Shown here in pieces: positions 56,480-64,000 of a DNA stretch of 64,000 nt. A program made the position numbers and the translations under genes. The notes under the pieces are model-generated. The model had not been told where the DNA came from and searched no databases. It saw only the letters and a program-made list of their open reading frames with translations. Location of the stretch: the NCBI GenBank assembly GCA_963781585.1, contig CAWAGQ010000004.1, forward strand, positions 960,001-1,024,000, read 5' to 3'. Each line of letters opens with the position of its first letter. Within the stretch, counting starts at the first letter, position 1. Source of the DNA: an uncultured Gemmatimonadaceae bacterium (GTDB lineage: Bacteria > Gemmatimonadota > Gemmatimonadetes > Gemmatimonadales > Gemmatimonadaceae).

Positions 56480-56947
56480 CTAGAACGTCACGCCGAGCAC
56501 CGTGACCGTTCGTCCGATCGCGTCGTGGCGCCGCACTTCGCCAAACACGCCGAAGCGGCCGACACCCGCGCGCACACCCGCGCCGAAATCCCACCCGGTC
56601 ACCTTCTGGCCGGGGGCATTGGCGTAGCGCCCGCGTCCGAGGAGGGCATATGGCTGCACGACAGGCAGCCGCATCTGGACCACGCCGTTGACCGAATAGG
56701 AAATGGCGTCCGTGTCGAACTTGGATCCAAACAACATCGCATCGGCGCGGACGGCAACCGGAATTACCGGAAGCCCGAGTTGCACGCCGAGCTGCTTTGC
56801 GTCCTTGCCGAACGTCACGCTCCCATCCTGCGACGCCCCACCCGCGCCGGCCCAGATGGTCAGGCCGGTCTGCGCCGAGGCCGGCGCCGTCGCAACAAGG
56901 AAGCCGACGGTCGCCCCAAGAAGGTACCGCATTGCTGTAGGCATCAT
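56480..56947 (-). CDS. Hypothetical small outer-membrane beta-barrel protein
   Basis: Signal peptide ASA-Q, alternating hydrophobic strands, VQPYALLG, C-terminal LGVTF. Confidence 0.65.
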   Translation of the reverse strand: MMPTAMRYLLGATVGFLVATAPASAQTGLTIWAGAGGASQDGSVTFGKDAKQLGVQLGLPVIPVAVRADAMLFGSKFDTDAISYSVNGVVQMRLPVVQPYALLGRGRYANAPGQKVTGWDFGAGVRAGVGRFGVFGEVRRHDAIGRTVTVLGVTF

Positions 56948-56951
56948 GTCC

Positions 56952-58145
56952 TCACCGGTTGCCAACGTTGTATTTCGCGAGGATTTCACGCACGCGATCG
57001 AGCGGAAGCGCCTGCACCGTCCGGCCGCGGCTGGTGACGGTCGTGGCCATGAACAGCGAGTTGTAGATCGCTTCCTCGGTTGCTTCCACCACGCCCTCGA
57101 ACAACCCCGACATGTCGTCGTTCGACAGATCCTCGAGCTGCCGCCGCAACGGACCGGACGCGGTACGCGTCTGCGCCGGGCGTCGTCGCACCGACTCGGC
57201 TGTCGAAAAGGCGATGACGTAGTCGCCCGATCCGTTCGAGGCCGACGACCCGGTGCGTGCGAGTCCCATGAGGGCCCGCGCCCCCAGACGATCGAGGTTT
57301 CGATCCGAGAGCGGCGCATCGGTGGCCACGACGATCATGATCGATCCGTCTCCGTGGTCGCGCTCCGACTGGTTCCTGAAGGCATACTGTCCGAGCTCCT
57401 TGCCGACGGGCGCTCCCAGCACCTGGAGGATTCCGCCGAAGTTGGTCTGCACCAGCACCCCTACCGTGTATCCGCCTAACGATGCCGGCAGGATGCGGGA
57501 CGAGGTCCCGATGCCGCCTTTCCATCCGAACGCCACCGTGCCCGCCCCCGCCCCGACCGCCCCTTCCGCCACCGGTCCGTTGCTGGCGGACTCGAGCGCC
57601 TGACGGACGTGCTCGGGGCGGATTGGCCGTGACCGAATGGCATTGAGCTGCCCGTCGTTGGTTTCTCCGACCACCGGGTTGATCGACTGCACGCTCTGCA
57701 TCCCCGGCTGGTCCAGTAGCCAGGCCACCATCGCGTCGGCTGCCTGCCACACGCACAGGGTACACGTGAGCAGGATGGGCGTTTCCAGTTCCCCCAGCTC
57801 GGTGACCTGCGTCACGCCGAGCAACTTGCCGAACGCGTTGCCGACGTGAACCGCAGCCGGCACCCGATCGAAGAACAGGTTGCCCTCGTGGGGCAGGACG
57901 GCGGTCACGCCGGTGTGCACCGAGTCGCCCTCAATGACCGTGGCGTGTCCAACGCGCACGCCGGCCACGTCGGTGATAGCGTTGTTCGCCCCCGGTTTGA
58001 ATACGCCCGGGGCGACGCCCAGGTCACGGGCGCGCACGCGCGCGGAGCTGGAAGGGACGGACTGCGCGGTGACCGCGCCGGGATGAAGCATCGACAGGAG
58101 GGCGGTCGCGAGCGCCGCACCGCCCAGAGGGCACAGGTATCGCAT
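56952..58145 (-). CDS. dmpA: P1-family (DmpA) aminopeptidase, secreted
   Basis: NAITDVAGVRVGH, PVVGETND, EGAVGAGAG, GWKGGIGTSSR, DG/SIMIVVATDAP autoprocessing site, SNGSGD. Confidence 0.9.
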   Translation of the reverse strand: MRYLCPLGGAALATALLSMLHPGAVTAQSVPSSSARVRARDLGVAPGVFKPGANNAITDVAGVRVGHATVIEGDSVHTGVTAVLPHEGNLFFDRVPAAVHVGNAFGKLLGVTQVTELGELETPILLTCTLCVWQAADAMVAWLLDQPGMQSVQSINPVVGETNDGQLNAIRSRPIRPEHVRQALESASNGPVAEGAVGAGAGTVAFGWKGGIGTSSRILPASLGGYTVGVLVQTNFGGILQVLGAPVGKELGQYAFRNQSERDHGDGSIMIVVATDAPLSDRNLDRLGARALMGLARTGSSASNGSGDYVIAFSTAESVRRRPAQTRTASGPLRRQLEDLSNDDMSGLFEGVVEATEEAIYNSLFMATTVTSRGRTVQALPLDRVREILAKYNVGNR

Positions 58146-58223
58146 GGACCATCCGCGGCATCGGTTGCCCGCGATATAGTGGACGCCCCGGCGACGGCGC
58201 AAGCCGCGACCGGTCACTGCCGC

Positions 58224-60726
58224 TCAGGTCCGACGGAGTGCAGCCGCCGGTTCCACGCGGGCGGTGCGCCGCGCCGGGAGGTAGCAGGCCACCAGGGCAA
58301 CCGACGTGAACAGCGTCGCCACCGATGAATAGGTCAGGACGTCCACCGGCGTCACGCCCCACAGCAGCCTGGTCAACACCCGGGTCAGCGCGGCGGCCAA
58401 GACCAATCCGGTTCCCACGCCCCACAGCACCAGGCGCGCTCCATCGCGAACTACGAGTGCGACGATAGTCGACGCGTGCGCCCCGAGTGCCATGCGGATC
58501 GCGAGTTCCCGCGAGCGGCGCGCGACGGCATAGGCGCATACTCCGTAGATGCCGATCAGGGCCAGGACGAGCGCGCAGAGGGCGAATGAACCTACCACGC
58601 CTCCGAGCATCCGGACGAGGGAGAGTCCATCCTGTCGTTCCGTCGCCAGCAGGCGGACCCCCGCCGGCGCGAGCTCGGGGTCGACCGAGTGCAGCGCGTC
58701 GACCACCCGAGCCGCAACCGCGTCTGGATCGCCGGCAGGTCCGCACCAGCACGCCGGTATTCCACGCCGTGGCCTGTCGCTCGGAGAGGTACAGGTCCGG
58801 ATCGGGATCGGCGTTCACGATCCCCATGCGGCTGGACAGGCGGCGGACATCGCGCACGACGCCGACCACCGTGAGCGGTGTCCCTAACGCGCCGATCTGC
58901 ACCTGCTGGCCAAGCGGAGACGCGCCGCCCCACACCAGCCGCGCGAGGCGTGCGCTGACCATGACGACTGGTTCGCTCTCGGCACGATCGCCGCGATCAA
59001 AGCTCCGCCCCTGCGTCACCCCCATCCCCATCACGCGAAAGTACTCGTCCGACACCACCAGGAACTGCGGCGACGGCTGAACGCCCGCCGCAACGCTCCG
59101 CGTCACGTCGGCTGGAAGGAAGAGGCGACGGTCCGGCGTGTTCGGTAAGGCACCGGTGCTGTCGGTCCCACGATTGCGCCGCGCGCCGCGCTCGAGGTTC
59201 GTGGAGTCCGCGATGAGCTCATTCAACCCACCCTCGCGCGCCACACCCTGGATTCCCGGTGTGGCCTCGAGCCGCGCGGCGAGCTGCTCCTCAAAGGTCT
59301 GGCGCTGGTTCGCACCGGCGTACCCGGTGGAATCCAGGTTGACGGAGAGCCGGAGGACACGCTCGGGGTGATAGCCCGGGTCGAGCGCCGTCACGTTGTG
59401 GTAGGTACGCGCGAGCAGCGCCGCACCGACAGAGAGCACGATGGTGAGCGCCAGTTCCGCCACGATGACGCTGCGGCCACGGCGGGTGCCGCGCCCGGCG
59501 GTCGCCGACAGATCCCCGCTCTCCTTGAGGGTGTCCGTGAGATCCACTCTGGTGGCCACCAGCGCCGGCAACAGGCCGACGCCCGCCACCGTGAGGAGAG
59601 CGATGGTGAAGGTGAAGGCCAGGACGCGCCAGTCGATCCCCAGCCGGATCCACGATGGAAGATTCCCGTGCGGTACCACGATCCCGACCAGGTGCACCCC
59701 CCAGTCAGCCAGCAGCGCGCCGAGCGCACCGGCGAGGAGAGCCAACAGCAGACTCTCGGTGAGATTCTGGCGAATCAGCCGCGCGCGAGAGGCCCCCAGC
59801 GATGCGCGAATCGCCATCTCCGCACGACGTTCTTCGGCACGCGCGAGAAGCAGGTTGGCCACGTTGGAGCAGGCCACGAGCAGCACCACGAGAGCGGCTC
59901 CGATCACCAACGCAGCGAACGATCCCCACGCTCGGGCTCCACGGTCCACCATGCCGTCCCGCACCGCGAGGGACCAGCCACCATAGTCGGCTGGTCTTGC
60001 GGCCGCGAGCTGCTGTCCAACCAGTCGTATTTCTTCGCGGGCACGGCTCAGCGTAGCGCCGGCGGCCAACCTTGCGATCGCCGAGTAGTTGCGATCGACC
60101 TCGCCAACATTCGATGTGGCAGGTGGAGCCAGCGGAAGCCAGACGTCCGAACGCTCGTCGAACCGAAAACCCGGTGGCATCACCCCCACGATCCGGCGGA
60201 TGCTTCCATTCACCGTGAGGCTCTGTCCTATGACATCGGCGCGCGCCGCGTAGTACTGTCGCCACAGCGAATCGCCGATGAGAACGATGGGCTCGCGATT
60301 GGTAATCTCCTGTGGCGTGAACGGGCGTCCTACGGCCGGCGCCGTCCGCAGCACGGCCAGGAGGTCCCCATCGATCTCCGTACCGGTGACCCCGATCGCC
60401 TGGCCGCCGACCGACAACCGGGAATACGTCTCCCTGAAGACCGCGACGCGTTCGAACGCCGTAACGCTCTGCCGTACGGCCTCGATGCCCGATAGAGAGA
60501 CGCGGCTGAAGGCAATGTAGGCCCGCGGATTCGTCTCGCTCAGCGCCACGATTCTTCGCGAATCCGCATATGGGAGCGGGCGAAGGAGCGCACTGTTCAC
60601 GAAACTGAAGAAGGTGGTCACCACGCCGATTCCCACGGCAAGCGTGGCCACGGTGGTTGCCGCAACGCCCGGACGCGCCACAATCCCGCGCAGTGCGACG
60701 CGAATATCATGACGGGTGGCGTCCAT
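58224..60726 (-). pseudogene. ADOP-type duplicated ABC permease with a one-base frameshift near 58738
   Basis: Frame reads ...NTGVLVRT then goes out of character; removing one base restores AGDPDAVAARVVDALHSVDP...GIYGVCAYAVARRSRELAIRMALGA...VEPAAALRRT (track ORF 58224..58706). Confidence 0.8.
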
Positions 60727-60943
60727 CTGGCCTCCTCGGCGAAGCGGACTCCATGATCATAGCGCCCGTCTCCGGACGCGGGCGAGGTAGGCCATGCTCG
60801 CACTGGTCCGCCGGGAATCGACCCGCGAGACGACCAGGTCGTCGCGTGGCGAATTGGTGGTGGCTCGGGCTCTCCGATGGCCGATCACAGGTCCCAACGG
60901 TGCGCGCATGGTCCGGGTCCCACTGCCCCATTAGCGTTCGCGG

Positions 60944-61666
60944 ATGCCGCCGCGCACCACCAGCCTCCGCGTCGCCCTCATTGGCGACTTCAATCCGGGT
61001 GTGGTCGCGCACCAGGCCGTACCCCGTGCCCTGGCGCGCGCGGGCGTCGATCTCGGTGCCACGGTCGACGCCGTATGGCGCCATACCACGACGCTCGCCA
61101 GTGATGCCGCCGAATCGCTGGCCGGATTCGACGGCGTCTGGTTCGTGCCCGCAACACCGTACGCCAATACGGAAGGGGCACTCGAAGCAATCCGACACGC
61201 GCGGCAATCGGGACTTCCGCTCCTCGGCACCTGCGGCGGTTTCCAGCATGTCATGCTGGAGTACACCCGCCATGTGCTGGGCCTGTCCGATGCGGCGCAT
61301 GCCGAACTCGACCCCGCGGCGGCCGATCCGGTCATTGCGCCCCTGCACTGCTCGCTGGTGGAGCGCTCGGGGACGGTGCGGCTGCTTCCCGGCACGCGCA
61401 TCGCGCGCGCGTACGGCCTGGAGCGCATCCAGGAGGAGTACCACTGTTCCTATGGGTTGGCTCCACGCCTGGTACCGCTCCTTCAGCGCGGGCCGCTGCG
61501 CATCACAGCACGCGATGTCTCTGGGGATGTGAGGGCGGTGGAGCTCGACGACCACCCGTTCTTCATGGCCACGCTCTTTCAATCCGAGCGGCGCGCGTTG
61601 CGCGCCGAAACGCCACCGGTCGTCCACGCCTTCGTCGCCGCGATGATCGGGTTGCGGACCGAATGA
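60944..61666 (+). CDS. Stand-alone CTP-synthase-like glutamine amidotransferase domain protein
   Basis: VALIGD, FDGVWFVP, LGTCGGFQH, EEYHCSYG, HPFFMATLFQSE; no synthetase domain. Confidence 0.85.
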   Translation: MPPRTTSLRVALIGDFNPGVVAHQAVPRALARAGVDLGATVDAVWRHTTTLASDAAESLAGFDGVWFVPATPYANTEGALEAIRHARQSGLPLLGTCGGFQHVMLEYTRHVLGLSDAAHAELDPAAADPVIAPLHCSLVERSGTVRLLPGTRIARAYGLERIQEEYHCSYGLAPRLVPLLQRGPLRITARDVSGDVRAVELDDHPFFMATLFQSERRALRAETPPVVHAFVAAMIGLRTE

Positions 61667-61678
61667 GCTGAAGGAGCG

Positions 61679-62977
61679 TCACGCCGTCGGGCGCGCCGGG
61701 GCGTCCCCCATCCCGCCACGTGGACTCACTCCGGACAGCGCGGCGATCTCTCCCTCCCGATCGGCCGCTCGTCCCTCGAGTCGTGCCACGAGCAGTCCCG
61801 CGCCGGCATAGCTGGTCACGTTGAGTACGGTCTTGAAGATGTCGGGGATGAGATCCACAGCGATGAGAATGCCAAGTCCCTCCGGCGGCAATCCGACCGC
61901 GGTGTAGAGGGGCGCCTGCACGAAGAATCCGCCACTTGGAATGCCCGGGACGGCAAACGACAGCACGATCGTCCCGACGCAGAACACCACCAGCTTCGCC
62001 CCGGAGAACTCGACGCCGTACAGCCGGGCCACCAGGAGCGCGCCGAGGAGCCAGTTCATCGGCGCATTGAGCTTGAAGATCGATGCGCCCAGCGGGAGGA
62101 CGAACCCCGTGACCGATTCGGAGAGGCCCAGCTTGCTCCGGGTATCGCTCATCAGCACGGGCAACGATGCCAGCGACGAGCGCGAGGTGACGGCGACAGT
62201 CTGCGCCGGAATCAGGGCCGCGGCGAACGTACGCAGGGGGACCCGCGCCCCCCGGGCCGTGATAACGTAGAGCATGCCTAACGCAATGATCAACAGGAGG
62301 CACACGGCCACGATGTAGTAGCCGATGGCCCCGACGCCCGCGATGCCCAGATGGGCCCCCACCGCCACCGCCAGACCGAAGACGCCGATCGGAGCCGCCG
62401 CCAGCACCCAGCGAATCACTTGCGACATGGCCTCGGCCACCCCGCGCAGGAACAGCACGTGCGCGCTTCGCACGCCTTCCGACACCCGTGACAGCGCGAG
62501 TCCGTACGCGAGGCTGAAGATCACCAGCGGCAACAGAGCTCCGTCGGCAGCGGCCCCCACCGGATTCGCCGGAATCAGCGTCAGGAACCAGTCCTTCAGC
62601 GACAGCTGCTGGAGCACCGACGGATCGATCTGCGCAGTTCGCCGCAGGGCCTCGGTGCTGGCCGGGTCAAGTCGGAGGTTGGCCATCAACGCCACCGCAG
62701 CCGGACTCATGATGACTTCGAAGAACGTCTGCAGCACCAGGAACACCGCAAGTGTGCGAAAGGCCAGCGATCCCACCGTCCGCACGTCGCGTGCCCCTCC
62801 GATGGCGGTCACGAGAAGGCAGACAATGAGCGGGAGGACAGGCATCCGAATGGCATTCACCCAGATCGTCCCGATCGGCTCGAACACCCGCGGGACGAAG
62901 GTGTCGCGCAAGAGCGCGCCGGCGATGAAACCGGCGAGCAGGGCGATGGCGACATGAGCGGCAGACTTTCGCGACAC
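61679..62977 (-). CDS. Dicarboxylate/amino acid:cation symporter (GltP/DAACS family)
   Basis: IWVNAIRMPVLPL, LIPANPV, TSRSSLASLP, FVLPLGAS, IAVDLIPDIFKTVLNV; start GTG 62977. Confidence 0.9.
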   Translation of the reverse strand: MSRKSAAHVAIALLAGFIAGALLRDTFVPRVFEPIGTIWVNAIRMPVLPLIVCLLVTAIGGARDVRTVGSLAFRTLAVFLVLQTFFEVIMSPAAVALMANLRLDPASTEALRRTAQIDPSVLQQLSLKDWFLTLIPANPVGAAADGALLPLVIFSLAYGLALSRVSEGVRSAHVLFLRGVAEAMSQVIRWVLAAAPIGVFGLAVAVGAHLGIAGVGAIGYYIVAVCLLLIIALGMLYVITARGARVPLRTFAAALIPAQTVAVTSRSSLASLPVLMSDTRSKLGLSESVTGFVLPLGASIFKLNAPMNWLLGALLVARLYGVEFSGAKLVVFCVGTIVLSFAVPGIPSGGFFVQAPLYTAVGLPPEGLGILIAVDLIPDIFKTVLNVTSYAGAGLLVARLEGRAADREGEIAALSGVSPRGGMGDAPARPTA

Positions 62978-62982
62978 TGGTC

Positions 62983-63705
62983 TCAGCTCAGGATCGCGGC
63001 GCTCGCGCTCTGCGGCCCAGCCAGATACTGGCGCGCGAACTGGTGGTCCGCCCGGGCAGCCTGCGGCGACCCGAGTTCGTGCGTGGTGCCATCCGTGCAC
63101 CAGGTAACCTGGTCGGCCGCGGCAAAGAGAACCTCGACCTCATGTCCGGTGATCACCACCGCGCAGCCGGCGCGCGCGAGATCGCGGAATACCTTCGTCA
63201 GCACTTCCGCGTCCAGTGGAGCAATGCCGCGCAGCGGCTCATCCGCCAAGAGCCACCTCGGACGGCGTAGCACGGCGGCGGCCACTTCCGCGCGGCGCCG
63301 CTCGCCACCGGACAACTGGCCGGGACGCTTGTCGAGGAAGGGCTCGAGACGCAACGACTCCACCACCGGCGCGATGTCCTGAACCGACGACATGTGCGCG
63401 ATGACTCCGAGTTGCTGCGCCAGGGTGACGTGGCGGAGGAGGAGGTGGAACTCGGGCAGGTAGAACACACCGCGCTTCGCCATCTGGTGAAGACGCGGCC
63501 GCTCGAGCCGCTCGCTCCCGATCCGCACGGTGCCGCCATCCGCGTGGAGCATGCCGCAGGTGATCTGGAGAAGCGTCGACTTCTCCGCTCCGTTGCGCCC
63601 GACCAGAGCACGCACCTGACCGGGCACCGCGCGCAACGTGGCTGCGCTCAGCACCCACCGCGCGCCGAAGCGCTTTCCCACGCTGTCCGACACCAGGAGT
63701 GCCAT
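62983..63705 (-). CDS. ABC ATP-binding protein (LptB-like) with altered Walker A
   Basis: GRNGAEKST, LSGGERRR, LLADEPLRGIAP, ITGH. Confidence 0.85.
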   Translation of the reverse strand: MALLVSDSVGKRFGARWVLSAATLRAVPGQVRALVGRNGAEKSTLLQITCGMLHADGGTVRIGSERLERPRLHQMAKRGVFYLPEFHLLLRHVTLAQQLGVIAHMSSVQDIAPVVESLRLEPFLDKRPGQLSGGERRRAEVAAAVLRRPRWLLADEPLRGIAPLDAEVLTKVFRDLARAGCAVVITGHEVEVLFAAADQVTWCTDGTTHELGSPQAARADHQFARQYLAGPQSASAAILS

Positions 63706-64000
63706 CTATCCCCCGATAATGGCGCGGAGGAGCAGCTCGGCAATGACCATGGGAACGAGGCCGACCACCAGATACATCGACGTTCCCACTCCGAGGTTGG
63801 CCAGCAGCACCTCTTCCCGGCGCCGTCGCAGGTCGATGACCGACAGCGTCCCGCTCACCACCAGCATCAGGACCGCGCCAAGCGGCGACTGCCGAAGGAT
63901 CGCCAGGCCACCGGCACCGGAGGCGAAGAACTCTGCGTGACTGGTCGTCTGGGCGAACGCGGCGACGACGGCCGCGGTCAGATGTACGCCGCTCCAAATG
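63706..64000 (-). CDS. Hypothetical membrane protein, 3' part (start lies outside the window)
   Basis: Manual translation ...IWSGVHLTAAVVAAF...LGAVLMLVVSGTLSVIDLRRRREEVLLANLGV...AIIGG-TAG; stop directly abuts the ATPase ATG. Confidence 0.65.
   Translation of the reverse strand, partial: IWSGVHLTAAVVAAFAQTTSHAEFFASGAGGLAILRQSPLGAVLMLVVSGTLSVIDLRRRREEVLLANLGVGTSMYLVVGLVPMVIAELLLRAIIGG

Noticed and set aside
58024..58223. C-terminal tail of the 900-aa track ORF
   Set aside because: Out-of-frame read-through after the frameshift; it overlaps dmpA
60944..61666. Calling this gene pyrG
   Set aside because: Only 240 aa; the synthetase domain is absent
418..62283. GCCTAAC/GTTAGGC matches integron attC core sites (RYYYAAC/GTTRRRY)
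   Set aside because: Copies are single, mostly inside housekeeping ORFs, not paired as R''/R' ends of hairpins between cassettes, and no intI gene is present

Overview
GC-rich bacterial chromosomal window of about 48 genes, mostly on the minus strand. Gene content (PadR plus ADOP-type permeases, alternative complex III, divergent H+-PPase, dmpA/M28 peptidases) suggests Gemmatimonadota or a similar lineage; this is inference. In order: APC amino-acid permease (truncated at the window edge), hppA, a tonB-exbB-exbD-exbD-tonB-like cluster, a four-gene two-component cluster, tRNA-Ala(UGC), trxC, a six-gene alternative complex III operon (actABCDEF) preceded by a perfect Rex box, two amidohydrolases, a class-III aminotransferase, a trmJ-like methyltransferase, a heparinase II/III-like gene interrupted by an in-frame TAG, a divergently arranged Dpp-type ABC importer, a GH38 mannosidase, dedA, sodA, PadR-ADOP, speA, an ABC-2 exporter, an MBL-rhodanese fusion, DUF502, an amidohydrolase, a GcvT-like gene with two FAD oxidoreductases, a PlsC-like gene, GH15, M28 and DmpA peptidases, a frameshifted ADOP permease, a stand-alone CTP-synthase GATase domain, a GltP-type symporter and an ABC ATPase with an altered Walker A. 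No integrase, transposase, CRISPR array or rRNA was seen. The most unusual signal is not a gene: the non-palindromic heptamer CCTAACG/CGTTAGG occurs at least 21 times (manual count), almost always inside coding sequence where it forces rare codons such as TTA, like an uptake sequence or HIP1-type iterated motif. All calls are by eye without database searches; start codons are my best estimates.
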